Source of the DNA: Octopus vulgaris
Lineage: Eukaryota
Length of the DNA stretch: 64,000 bases
Reading direction: 5' to 3'
NCBI GenBank assembly: GCA_951406725.2
Contig: OX597818.1
Location: 95,542,001-95,606,000, forward strand
Below are positions 12,520-26,049 of the stretch, piece after piece (within the stretch, counting starts at the first letter, position 1; each line of letters opens with the position of its first letter). The notes under the pieces were generated by a model. It worked only from the letters and a program-made list of their open reading frames with translations, was not told the origin of the DNA and did no database searches. Made by a program: the position numbers and the translations under genes.

Positions 12520-13329
12520 CTAGCAGTATCGCCCGGCGTTGCTCGGGTTTGTAAGGGAAATAACTATAAAGCATTTTTAGAGAGTTACTTCCCTTATATA
12601 ATAGCAAAAAAATGCATTAAAATGGAAAAAATGATGGTAAATTATTTTTAAAATCGTAGACTCATCGTAGACACGCGCTAATACCCAGAAGGGCTCGATA
12701 TGAATCACGACTATAAGATACCCGGTTTTGGTTAAACTGCACCGCAAAATGTGGGAGTAGTTAGGAATCTAAATCGTAGGAGACAGACACACAACTTCAC
12801 TTTTATATATAAAGATTTGTGCAACAACTAAAACATTCGGTTGTGCAAATTGTTTGCACAGGAAATCTGCCCTGTGTGGCGGTTTTTGCCGTTTTTGTGG
12901 ATCTGTTTCAGCTTTTTTAGCGATTTCTGTTTTGGCGACTTCATGCCATGAAGTCGTTGTTCTAAAAGAACGCTGGTCTCCTTGACAACACTTTACGACG
13001 TTGATTTCCTTACACTCCCTTCCCCACAGCTTCACGAGGGAGCGAAGAAGGGGGAGAAGCAACACAGGTGCAGGTGTGAGCATGGACGCCAACTCCGCCA
13101 CCATCAACACACGAAAAAATATGCGTTAAAATGGAAAAAAATTATGGTAAATTATTTTTTAAATCGTAGACTCATCGTAGACGCGTGCTAATACCCAGAC
13201 GGGCTCGATATGAATCACGACTATAAGATACCCAAATTTGGTTAAACTGCACCACAAAATGTGGGAGTAGTTAGGAATCTAAATCATAGGAGACAGACAC
13301 TCACACAACTTCACTTTTATATATATAGA
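12520..13329 (-). mobile_element. Composite non-autonomous Helitron
   Basis: Minus-strand 5' TC(T/A)..TATATATAAAA ends at 13329 and 12815; 3' hairpin cccgagcaacgccggg followed by CTAG at 12520-12523. Confidence 0.85.
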
Positions 13330-13899
13330 TATATATATATCATCACCATTTAACATCCATTGTCCATGCTGGCATGGTTGGTTGGTTTGACAGAAGTTGA
13401 TAAGCCTGGGGGACTTCACCAGGCTCCAGTCTACTTTGGCATGGTTTTTACAGCTGGACGCCCTTCCTAACTCCAACCACTTTACAGAATGGCAGTTGGA
13501 TGCCTCTTTACAGAGGGGACTGAGTGCCTTTTGCATGGCACCAGCACTAGCAAGGTCACCACACACACACACACACATACATACATACATACATACATAC
13601 ATGCACACACACATGCATTTATTTAGACAACATTTACATGACTAGTCATGTTTTAGCCAGTTTAGAATTGAATTTGAAAAATGATATTCAAGTTGTAGGA
13701 TTTCCTTATGTATACTTTTGTTTGAAACATTAGTCCACTCCCACCAACCCAGAGGTCAAACTAGCCAAGTGCTTGCCTTACAACCATTCCTTTGTCTCCA
13801 CTCCCACATTCTTTACATACTAATTTTTTCTTTTTTTTACAGTAAACTTACAAAATATTTGATAAGTAATGGTGCAAACAATGAAGTATAAGGGACAAA

Positions 13900-16800
13900 G
13901 GGTATTAAATTTGAGAAGAGGTTGTATAAGAGGGAGACTTAGGAAGAGTATGTTTTGTCTATTGGTGTTTGTGGGACACTAGCAGTGGCAGATGACTGAA
14001 AGGTGCTAGTAGTTGTGGAGAAGCAGAGAATACCAGCAGGGAATGACCATGACTTTGAGACATTATCTGTGGCAGATGTTTTGACCATGACCTTGAGATA
14101 TAACCTCCACCAAGGGACAGCATGTTATATGGCCATCATGGGGTCGAACGTTATGCAAGACAAGGATGGAAGAAGCAAGAAGGAAAGAAGAAAGCAAGAA
14201 AGCAGGCAGAGTGGTGGTGAGGTGATTTCAGGCTTTCAGTGTAATTGGATATGAAGTAGAGGGGTGGATGAAACAGGTTTACAGACCAGTAGAAGCTGGT
14301 TCATGTTGGATGGTCCACAAGTTGGCAAGCAATAAGTAAGGAGTTAGAATAGGGCACCCCAATGCAGTACAAGCCAACCAGACAGAGATGTACAATTGCT
14401 ATGAATTTGTGCTGAAAAGGCCATAGACAATGAAGGAGTGATGCTAGAACTGTGAAATCTTACAGGCATTAATTTCAACTCTTCTTATAAATAACCGCAT
14501 TGTTTCTTTCCAGGTAAACTCACATCTCACTGTTCAAAGAAGACTTCAAGAGTAACTAGTAGTGACTTTACTTGAAAATGGACAAAATTTGACATCGAGG
14601 TGTTATCAAGAACCTGCAGAAAAAGGATATAGCTATCAACAACATTCATGCTGACATGGTTGCTACCTTAGGGGATGATGTCCCAACATTATCAACAGTG
14701 CAAAAGTGGGCAGCTGAATTTAGGAGGGGAAAAGAGAGAGTCTTGAAGATGACCCAAGGTCTGCAACTGCCACCATCAAAGAAAACATTGATCATGTTCA
14801 CCACATGGTGATAGATGACAGGCAATTCACTACAAATGAAATAGCCAATGCTGTCCTGTGAGACAGTTGAGAATATTCTGCACAATGAACTTGGCATGAT
14901 GATTTCTGCTCAGTGGGTGCCACGTCTTCTGATACCTGATCAAAAGCACACCTGGCTGATCACATCATTATTTCAGGCAGATCCAGCTGGTTTCCTAATC
15001 CAGGATGAATGTGGGCTTCACCACTTTGATCCAGAGACAAAGAGAAGTATGTCAACCACAAGGGTAACTGTGCTGACAAATAAACTTTATTTGGTCACAT
15101 TCCATAAGAGAATCTTTGTCAGCCTATGAACTTTTCAGCCAATCCTCATAGATAACCAAAACAGGATGACGTCTGGTATACTGCTGATAGTCCTTCCACA
15201 TCGTTTCCATCTTCTAATTTCACCCAGAAGGCATTGGTTAATATAAGGTCTGAGAAGAAAAGATTTTGGTAACAGTGGGAAAAGGATCAGGAAGATATGA
15301 ACATGGTTCTTAAGGAGTCGTATGAGGAAGTGAAGAGAATGTGCAGTAATGTCAGGAAGGTGGAATACTTTCTTACAAAAGAGGATGTATCAAGTAAAAC
15401 AGGAGACTTCTATAAAGACCCATATAGATTTCAAAAACTTTTTTGAAGAAGATGCATCTGGATCATTGGGAGTAACAAAAGAGGACCTGCAAGTACATCT
15501 GAAGTCTGCATACTCTGATAAGAAATGAGGAGAGCCATTCATGGCAGTACCAGTTTTGAGAAGGCCAATAGAACAACATGAATTTGACATGGGTGACCTA
15601 TGGCTGTGAGAAGTTGATGCTGAGATATGAAACAATTGGGCTGGCAGTGCAACAGTCCTGAACGAGCTCTCTTACAAGCTTTACAAGTACTGTCTGCAGA
15701 TAAGGTAGATTCTCAAGATGTGGAGGTGAAAATGATTAGTACCAGCTAACTGGTGTAATGTGAAAGGAGTAAACGCACTAAACAAGAAGGATGATAAAAG
15801 GATTGGTCAGTCCCAACTATATCAGTTCTGTATATTGATGGGAAGGTTTTAATGATGACAGTTTTTACCAGATTTGTAGATATGACTCTGCAATAATCTG
15901 AAGTTACAGGATTTCCTAGATGTATTGAGTATGTATAGATGATTGGGGATTCATTCAGTGGTGTAAGAGAAACAAGGTGAATGTTGATGTAATCTTGCTC
16001 ATGTATATTACTTAATTCCCAGAAACTTTACATTGGATTTTGTCTGGGTCCCAGTAATATGTTGTGGAACTACTATGGAAGTTCAGAATGAGAGTCATAC
16101 ACCACAAAATGGCAGTCCTTGGAAATAAGGACCCACATGAGTTGTGTTGCTCACCACTCCTCTTTATGATGGAGCTGGAGTTTTTGGCTTATGTTACAAT
16201 ATGTACGGAAAGATTGGCATTTGAGGAGGAAAATACAGTACTTTCAGTGAGGGTTTACACAGCTGTTTTGATGAATGTGACAAATCAGGAAAAGAAAATT
16301 GAAGCAGGAGCTAATTTCATAGACTATGGTGAAGTTAAATGAAAAGAAGAGCAGAAGTGTGTTCAATAGAAGAGTGATTTCAGATACACAGAGAACATAT
16401 CCTAATGTCCTACATATTTCACAGAGAACAAAGAGTGAAGAATCAAGGACAATGACATGAAATCAGCCTCAATGACAGACATTATGGCACAAAGATTGAG
16501 GAGTGAATGAGCAAGTCAATTGGCAAAACTTTGGCACAGTCATGTTGCTAACAAAAGTTGCATGACAGCTGCTTGAATACAAGGTAGCAGTTACAAGAGT
16601 TGAATGCATGCAGCAAATAATGAATGTTTACTATAGAAATTGGTCAGTGTGCCAAACATATTGTCCAATGTAGCGCTATTTAACCATTCATGAAAATTAC
16701 AGCTGCCATTGATATTCAAAGAATTCAAAGCAGGCAAGTGCACTTGGTTATAATAACAAGGGAGTCTGAGACTGCAACTTTTGCCAAGGCAGGGCCTCCA

Positions 16801-16980
16801 GTTAGTACTGGATTCAAGCAGAAGGTGGGAGATGTTGTAGATGAAACCACTGCACAAATGAAACATAAGATTTTGGGTACAATGCAAACTGATAGAAGTG
16901 TAAGGTTTTTGCCTACAAAGTAATGACTCAGAACAGAGGGTCAGTAGGGCAGGTAGGATTTGATGGTAAAAGCCTCATAT
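13900..16980 (+). mobile_element. Hero-like non-LTR retrotransposon fossil, interrupted by mariner
   Basis: FYKDPYRF..SGSLGVTKEDLQVHLKSAYSD; LSYKLYKYC; VSTGFKQKVGDVVDETTAQMKHKILGTMQT; N-terminal C2H2-like remnant at about 14070. Confidence 0.65.
14480..15150 (+). mobile_element. Mariner fossil, internally deleted
   Basis: WVPRLL and DECGLHHFDPETKR motifs; right TIR gtcagcctatgaacttttcagc matches 52105-52130. Confidence 0.85.
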
Positions 16981-17471
16981 ATGTGTGTGTCTGTAAGTGA
17001 ACTGCAGGCACAGCTGTCTGTTGGTTACAAAGTTTACTTCATAACCACATGGTCTCAGGTTATATCTCATTTTATGGTACCTTGGACATGTGTCTTCTAC
17101 ACAAGCTCTGGGCAAAACCTTGCTATTCAATTTGGTTGGCAGAAACTGAAAAAAAAACATTGCATATGTATATTGGCATATGTATCCATTAGTATGCATG
17201 TGAGTATAGTACATATATCTGTATGTTTGTTTAGATTTGCACTTTTCTGAAAACCTTTCAGCTACAAGCAGTGATATTGTTGACATTTTCCCTGTTAACA
17301 AATCTTGCTTTGCACCTTCAAAGAAATGGAGTAAGAGATCCCTCTAGCTCAAAAACCAGGTTGAGGGTTAGTGACAAGAAGAACATCTGGCTGTAAAACA
17401 ATGCCCTAATAATATAGTCATGAAACCCATGCTAGAATAGAAAAACAGACACAAATCAAACCAACAAAAAT

Positions 17472-17521
<50 letters not shown>

Positions 17522-17676
17522 CATGAGAGACAGTCCTCTGCCTAGTCTTAGTGATCAGTAGTATCCTCACTTATGTACTGACCCTGGTTACCTATCAAAA
17601 TCATACCATATAGAGATCAGATGTAAAACAATCATGATGTTAGAGAGATAATATACACACAAACACACCATGTATC

Positions 17677-17735
17677 TTGAGCTCGATACTCAAACCATTA
17701 GGCACATAGCCTAATGGCTTGGGTAACAAGCTCAA
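17677..17735 (-). other. 59-nt near-perfect hairpin
   Basis: Minus strand ttgagcttgttacccaagccattaggc(tatgt)gcctaatggtttgagtatcgagctcaa; 27-position stem with two mismatches. Confidence 0.8.
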
Positions 17736-17813
17736 TTGCTAAACCAAGCAACATGTTCCGTCCCTGAACAATGTTCCAGTCAAGTTCATTGAAAATGAGA
17801 ATCAGTCAATTAC

Positions 17814-17912
17814 TAGAGTAGCCCTCTCTCAATCCAGCTGTCACATCCTTGGTATTCTTCTTGGTCAATAGTAGAAGAGCTGAGAGGGTACTGCTTGCAA
17901 CTTCATAAGCAC
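17814..17912 (-). CDS. Weak candidate 99-nt symmetric exon
   Basis: Acceptor ttgattgttttAG, weak donor GTAATT; phase 1-1 frame open: (G)AYEVASSTLSALLLLTKKNTKDVTAGLREGYS; may be repeat-derived. Confidence 0.2.
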
Positions 17913-18205
17913 CTAAAACAATCAATGAATATGTGGTACAGGCTATCATGCTTCCTTGCAAGCACTAGATAAGCTTTTGTGTATGTATGTTCACACACAC
18001 ACACACAATTATTTTGGTCAAGTCAGTTTGTTACTATTCTGAATTAGGTACAGGGTCTTCAGGCTGGTTACAACTCAGATAAGTGTTGAAACTTGTGTTA
18101 AAAGGGAAACTCAGAGTAGCAAGAGACTGACTTGAATAAAATAAATTTCATTAATCACTATTGCAGTATCAAGTGCACTTTTTTGTGAGTTAAAACTAAA
18201 TGGAT

Positions 18206-18255
<50 letters not shown>

Positions 18256-18371
18256 GTGTGTGTGTGTGTGTGTGTGTATATAACATATATATATATACGT
18301 GTATATATGTATATATCATATATGTATATTATATGTGTAGATATATATATACACACACACATTGTGTATAT

Positions 18372-18431
<60 letters not shown>

Positions 18432-19128
18432 ATATAGACACCACGCATACACATATATTGCAGAGAATGGATCTCCATCGGTTTCGAGGACGAATATTCC
18501 ATTCGTTCGATTACCTTAACTACCCACTCACTAACCTGGCATGTAATGGCTGAGTATTCCATAGACACTTGTACTCATAATGTAAGAATATCCTCATGCA
18601 GAATTAGCGTGGCACAGTGTGACAAAGCTGACGCTTCGAATTACATCTAACACTACATACGACGAGCTTCTACACTGTACATCTACCCAAATTCTCTCAC
18701 AGTGCATAGGTTGACCCGAATCTAAAGCAAAAGAAACTTGCTCAAATTACACCATCGAAAGGGAATCGAACCATTAGACCTCACACTTACACATGTGCCC
18801 AGGGTATTTACATAGCTTTCTAATAACCCACTGGTCACATACAATTATATTGCTGGTGAGAGAGAGAGAGGGAGGAGGAGTTGTTACAAAACACACGTTA
18901 TCACGTGTATGTGTGTGTGGTGTATGTGAATAGATCTAAGTAAATGATGTATTATTGCTGCAGTGAAACATATATATATATATATATATATATATGATAG
19001 GGCAACCATGTCATCTAACACACTAATGCATCAGCTGGCATTCTGGTTCTGCTGGTAGTGGTTATAATGTTACATATGTACAAGTATATACCTCATAAAT
19101 GCAATGAAAACATTACATATCTGTCCGT

Positions 19129-19318
<190 letters not shown>

Positions 19319-19706
19319 ATAAATAAAATATATGCATACATACAAACATATATATATATATATATATATACATTCATACTATATATGTAAGTTTGGTGGC
19401 CTTTATTCGTCTGTTTATTTATCACCCAACATCGTTTTAACTCTCTATCCGTCTAGTGCTCCCAACTGTTTTATATGTCTATCTTTATAGTTTTCTTATA
19501 TTTAATATCATTATTATTATTATTATTGTTATTATTATTAATTACAACGTGTTTCTCACTGATATCGGAGAAGGGCGAAGTCACTTTTATGTTTATCACA
19601 TTTAGTACTTTCAACTATACGAACTTCAAGCATTTCATCAAAGTAGGACAGACCAAACGGTCCAGAAAAAAAAAAGAGAAGCTATTTTTATAAAAATTGA
19701 ACTTAC

Positions 19707-20175
19707 CTAAAAGTCCTACAGTAATGGCATGTTTCCTCAGCAGTAGTGTGTTGTTGATAGCAGTCGAACACATTGTAGTCCACATACCAGTCTGCTGGTT
19801 TTGTGTAGTGGCTTGTATGCCAGTTCTGTTCTGCTTCGGCTGCTGTTTCTGCTGCCAGACATAACCGCTCCATGACGGCACATTGGAGCAGTAGAAAAGG
19901 TATCCAAAACAATTACAAGATGTTGGTTGTGATAATGATGATGTTGGTAATGGTAACGATTCCGATGATAATGATGATGATAATGATGATGACGATGATG
20001 ATAACGAAGAAGAGGAAGAGGTAGTGGACGTTTTGCTGAGTTCAAATTGTCTTCTTGTCGCTACATCTCGTTGGTGTCGAGCGCAGCAGCTTGCTCCACC
20101 CGACAACGATGAGGTTTCCCCGTAATTTGGTAGAACTGGGTAATAATAGCCCACCGGAATACGACCAACCCCCAT
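19707..20175 (-). CDS. Probable first coding exon of an unidentified minus-strand gene
   Basis: 156-codon open frame from ATG 20175 (in-frame TGA just upstream) with a Ser-rich linker, ending ...LLLRKHAITVGLL-G at consensus donor TAG|GTAAGT (phase 1); unique, CpG-retaining sequence. Confidence 0.6.
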
Positions 20176-20233
20176 TGATCATAACGATTTTATCACTCCC
20201 CTTGGCCACTCATTGCATGTATATGTATGTGTG

Positions 20234-20276
<43 letters not shown>

Positions 20277-21739
20277 CTGTGTATGAATGTATACACACAC
20301 TCAGTGTCACGAAGCTTAAAAACTTATTTTAGCACACCCAAACAAAATAAAACTTCGAATAGGAAAACAAAGCGCAAAAGCGCACATATATAGGCAAGCT
20401 ATAAATAAATAATTTACTTGAAATTACAATATGTTAGTTACAGAGTTGATCTACTTATAAGACCAATGTTGCCTCTTTGGAATTAGTATGTGTGTATGTA
20501 CGTGTGTGTGCCTGTGCGTATGTATATATGGATGGCTATATGTAAGTGCGCGTGTTCAAGATCCTGTTTATGGCAACAAACTGCTGAAGGTAGGTCAAGT
20601 GAGGTCAAGATAGACTGGAGGTGGTTGCCTATATATTTTAATATATATTTCTTAAATAGCAATGACCAAAGTATAGGCGAGGATGCTTTGGTTTCGTTCG
20701 ATTTGTACGAGTAAAAAATGATTTGGTAAGGCCCAGCTAGTATAGAAGGTTAATCCAGAGAATGGTCTGTGGTTGAAACAGCAATAAAACTGCCTGTGTG
20801 TAAATATAAAATACAATTGCAGCTAAAGAAATGTCTCAAACGAAGCTTTCATTGTTGATTGAAATAGACTTAAATAGGTTGGCTTTTGTTTTGAGCTTCC
20901 AAGCGATCAGTCTGAAGTCGTAAACATCCAAAGGAATCCTGTCTCATATCTCCGCACAAGTAATTCACAGCCAAATAAACCGTATGTCTTAGTGTTGTCT
21001 CAAAAGTGAAAATAATGATCCTTGGAAATCCAGTAAAGTATAATCTAATAAGAAATATTTACTGTTGCTGGTAATGATGTTGAAATTAACGATCTTATTG
21101 TTGTGTTTTAATTCCCAATTCTAGTCTGATCCTCTAGATCTTTAAAAAAAAGAAAAGAAACTCCGACTTATCCGTCAAAAGAAATAAACATCAGGGAAGC
21201 ATTCAGAATTTCAATAATATATAAATACTAATAAAGCTGATGTGGGGGGGCGCTTATTATAAAGTCCAATGTAAGTTAACTATATATATATATATATATA
21301 ATGTGTTATATGTATGGCCTGGTTGTATATAGGTTGTGTGATGTGGAAAGAAAAATAAAATCTGTGATTATGTTAAGACGTGTGTATGCGAATAAAATCT
21401 GTATGGAGTATATAAAGGCTTGTGAGATGTATATACAGCCTCTAGTGTAAAAAGGCTTATGTAATGTTTCTGAAGTCCATGTAGTGTATATAAAAGCTTG
21501 TACGATGTATATAAAAATTTATGTCGTGTGTATATGTATGTGTGTACACAGGCTTGTGTGATGTTTATAAAAGCTGAAAAAGACAGTTTATATATAGATA
21601 TATATAGATACGTATATAACCCTGCTGTATGTAACGATGTATAGTGTAGACGGCAGTTACTGAACAAATGGTGTCCACCTTTGTAAAGGTCGATTGTTTT
21701 CTAATGCACGACTTTGATTATCTCTCACTTATTTTGGTG

Positions 21740-22245
21740 CTTGTCACGGGTGACGCGGACATTTGCAGCTGCTGCCCATCTCACTGGATACTCAATACTT
21801 CCTTCTCAGCCATCATGCAGCCATCGTTCACACGTGACTGATGACAGCCAATCGGCGAAGTGCAACTCACACTAGAGTGGGAGTAACGAAAAGAGAATAA
21901 AAAGCGAGGAAGAAATGAAGAAGATAAACAGAGAGTATGAGGAAAACTCAGAGAGAGAGAGAGAACGTGACGTGAGAGGTGTAGGAAAGATGAGAGAACA
22001 CATGAATGAAAGAGAGTGGTACACGTGAGTGTGTGAACATAAGGGAAGGATAATCAGTGGTTCAATTCTCTACCTGACACCGAAAAAAAAAAAACAAAAG
22101 GAAGACAAAGCGAAATAAAGTAGGAAGGAATGTGAGAAAGAGAAAATAAAAAGATGTGAAAGGGTTATGTAACAGGAAAAAGAAAGCCGATTGTAGGTAA
22201 CGACCTCATGCAAATGAGAGTTTGGTTTCTCTGTGTCACGTGTAT
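21740..22245. promoter_or_regulatory. E-box/CLEAR-like, CCAAT and octamer motif cluster (probable promoter)
   Basis: CACGTGAC 21831, AGCCAATCGG 21846, TGACGTGA 21968, CACGTGA 22022, ATGCAAAT 22208, GTCACGTG 22235; CpG-retaining; upstream of the minus-strand exon. Confidence 0.55.
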
Positions 22246-24220
22246 TACTTTCAATATTCGCATAGCTAAAAGAGGGCAAGGGGGCATGTCTGTCTTGGGT
22301 AGTATTTGCTGAGAGTAGCGTAGTTAGGAGTTGGAGCAAGTGGGGAGGTCCGTTTCGGACGATACTTTTATCAGGATGACACTTCGGGCACTGCTATTTT
22401 GGCTTGGGGTTCCAACGGGAACAGCAAATTCAAGGGCTGCCCTGGGCAGCACACATTGTAGAAATCAATATTAAGTTTGTTGGGGAGGAAGTAACAATTT
22501 CAAGGACTAACTAAGCAACATGAACTCTAGCTATACCACTAATATCAGTCCCCTCAAAACTAGTAATCTAATGAATCAGCCTCTAGCTATTTCAACAGAA
22601 GTAAAACAGTTGTCTGTGCTGGAACTTTTAGTGGCCCCCAATAGCCATGGCCAGCTCTCGTGATATTCCTCTTAACTGGATGTTAATAGCCTTGGTCTTG
22701 CCTCAACAAATTGATTTCATTTTGTTTGTTTATTTATATGCATATTTATCTAATTGTCATTTATAATAATGCCTTTTTACCTGTTTCAATATATTTGCCC
22801 CTACAACACATTATTACAATGATTTTGTCTAGCAAGAAAATATATATGTACAGTGTTACAACTTATCCAATCACAGCAGTACAGAAGACAGATGAAGGGC
22901 AGAAAATACAACAAATGCGGAATCTTCATCATCCTAGAGAGCACAAGGAAAACAAAACACCAAATTTAATCAAATTATGACAATAATTCCTGAACATGTC
23001 TTGGATAGTTACATATATCTATAGTTGATGATGATGAGGAGGATGACGACGATGATGATGATGACTGTTATTTCTTCTTAGCAAAGGAACTTTAAAGTTT
23101 TGTTGTTTTTTTTTAATACAACTTACCATTTCAACCTTTTCTTTGTTTTGGAAATATATTTTGCTAGACTACTACTAAGCATTTCTCAGTATTACTATTC
23201 TAAGTATTATTAAGCCATTAACAAGTATTTCTTTGTCTTTCTTTTCTCTCAGGTCAATTATTGTGTGCTCAATTTTGATTTGTTTTACACACATACAAAC
23301 ACACTCCATTGACATGAATACAAACACAATGCACATAATAGTAATTTAGTAGCTGAACAGTAAAACTTTTACCACCTGCAGATTTCATTCATCCTCTCCA
23401 TGGAGGCCCAACCTTCCTTGTTCTTTTACAGGTCTTAGAAAAACTGAAAGACCACTGCAATCATCATCATCATCATCATCGTTGAGGGGTAGATGTTGAA
23501 TAAAATCAAATTAACTGATCCTCCTATATTTTCTTTTACCCAAAGCCAGGAACTTTTCCATACCCCTTCGAATATGTATTCTTACAAATTACAAAATATC
23601 ATTTTATCTTTTTCTGAATATACTTGTATGAAAGCATATTTTGTAGGCCTGCTTCCTTTGTGTGCATTCATGCACACAAATGCAAAAATCGCTTTCAGCT
23701 GGCTCACACAGTATGCAGATTCACTTGTATTACTGCATAACTACCTTGCAGATTCATGTGCACACCTAACATGTATACATGGTATTTATTATAGCCCCTT
23801 GGCTTTCATGTTACCTTCATCATTTATTCCTGTTACTTCATTGAGTTTTGTTACATATTCTTTATATGTCCTTGTTGATTACTATTTTCCCAGTGATCTA
23901 GAAGTGTGCTGATGTAGTGATCTTATGCAGATGAGTTTAATTTTTACCATGATTTATTTTCACCAATAAGAAACTCCAGCCAATCAGAAACTAATAGTCT
24001 ACTGAGTTGACTTTTTGATATTTAGACAAAACTGAGTCTATGTTAGCTTTCTTAGCAGTCACCAGCAGCCATAGTAAGTGATTTCTTACACTTTCTCTCT
24101 AAGATGTTAGCCTTGGTCTAGTCTCAACAGAATAATTTATTCTACTTTATCGTCATATATAATTATCTGATTTTTTTCTCTCTTAACTGATAACTGTTTT
24201 TATGTTTAATATATATATAC

Positions 24221-25940
24221 ATCATCATCAACATCGTTTAATGTCCACTTTCCATGCTGGCATGGGTTGGACGGTTTGACTGAGGACTGGCAAGCCAGGA
24301 GGCTGCTCCAGGCTCCAATCTGATCTGGCAATATTTCTACAGCTGGATGTCCTTCCTAATGGCAACCACTCCAAGAGTTTAGCGGGTGCTTTTTATGTGC
24401 CACCGGCATGGATGCCAATCAAGCGACACTGGCTTTGGCCATGACTATGATTTCACTTGACTCAACAGGTCTTCTCTAGCACAGCATCTTGCACAACCAT
24501 TGAAAGGTACTTTTAAATGGGCCAGTTACACAACACTGGCATCAGCTACGGCTAAGATCTCATTTGGCTTGCCAGGTCTTCTCAATCACAGCATATCTCC
24601 AAAGGTCTTAGTGCTTTTCATTGCCTCTCTGAAGCTCAAAATTCGAAGATCATGCTTCACCACCTCATCCCATGTCTTCCTGGGTCTACCTCTTCCACAG
24701 GTTCCCTCCACTGTTTGGGTGTGACACATTTTTACACAGCTGTCCTCATCTATACACAACACATGACCATACTAGTGCTATTGTCTCTCTTGCACACCAC
24801 ATCCAATGCTTCTTATGTCAAACTTTCTCTCAGGGTGCTTACACTCTGTCATATATGCACACTGACATTACAACTCCAGCAGAGCATGCTAGCTTCATTC
24901 ATTTCAAGCCTATGCATGTCCTCAGCAATTACAGCCCATGTTTCACTGCCATGTAACATGGCTGTTTGCAAACACGCATCATGCAGTCTACCTTTCACTC
25001 TAGATAAGAGGCCCTTTGTTACCAGCAGAGGCAAGAGCTCTCTGAACTTTGCCAGGCTATTCTTATTCTAGCAGCTATGCTCTTAGAGCATCCACGCCTG
25101 CAACTGACTTGGTCACTTAGGTACTGGAAGCTATCAACTACTTCTAGTTTTGCCCCCTGGCATGTGATGGTATCTGTTTCCTGTACATCTTTGGTATTTA
25201 TTGCCCCTGTGCATCTGTCACACACTAAAACTATCTTCTTTTTGATATTGCTGTACCTCTTATGTGTCCATAGCTTACACCAGGTACATCTTATGGAGTT
25301 TCTGCCTATGCCTTTTCTACAAGTCGAGCAGGGCCATCAACCTGAAGGGATTTGTGATTTATCTGCCTTCCTTCTTGCCAAGACTTTGGTTTTTGCTAGA
25401 TTGACTCTAAGGCCCTTCAATTCTAGACCCTGCTTCCACACCTGAAACTTCTTCTCTAGTTCTGATAGTGACTCAGCTATTAGAACAAGGTCATTAGCAT
25501 AGAGGAGCTCCCAGGAGCATCCTGTCTTGAATTTCTCTGTTGTTGCCTAGAGGACTATGATGAATAAGAGGGGGCTGTGAACTGATCCTTGGGGAACACC
25601 TACTTCTACCCAGAATTCTTCACTATACTCGTTGCCAACCCTCACCTTACTGACAGCATCCCTGTACATGGCTTGTACAGCTCTCACCAACTACTCCTTT
25701 ATCCCTAGTTTCCACATTGACCACCAGATAAGGGATTGGGAGACCCTGTCAAAGGCATTCTCCAAGTCAACAAAGGCCACATACATAGGTTTATCATTGG
25801 CTCAGTATTTCTACTGCAGTTGCCTTACCAGAAATATAGCATCAGTGGTGCTCCTCCCTGACACAAACCCAAACTGCATCTTGTCTAAATTTCTCCCTAA
25901 TTGGGCTTTAACCCTCTGCATGGCTTTGATCAACTGGTCG
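24221..25940 (-). mobile_element. RTE-like LINE, 5'-truncated, RT to (GAT)n tail
   Basis: QFGFVSGRSTTDAIFLVRQLQ, GVPQGS, LLYAND, GLRVNLAKTK and MLHGSETW motifs; 3' UTR ending in (GAT)n. Confidence 0.9.
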
Positions 25941-26049
25941 ACACACACACACATATATACAAAGAGACAGACAGACAGGAAGGCAGACAAATAGATAAAT
26001 AGATGGATGGGTGTGTATGTGTGTGTATGTAAAAGTGTTTGTATGATGC

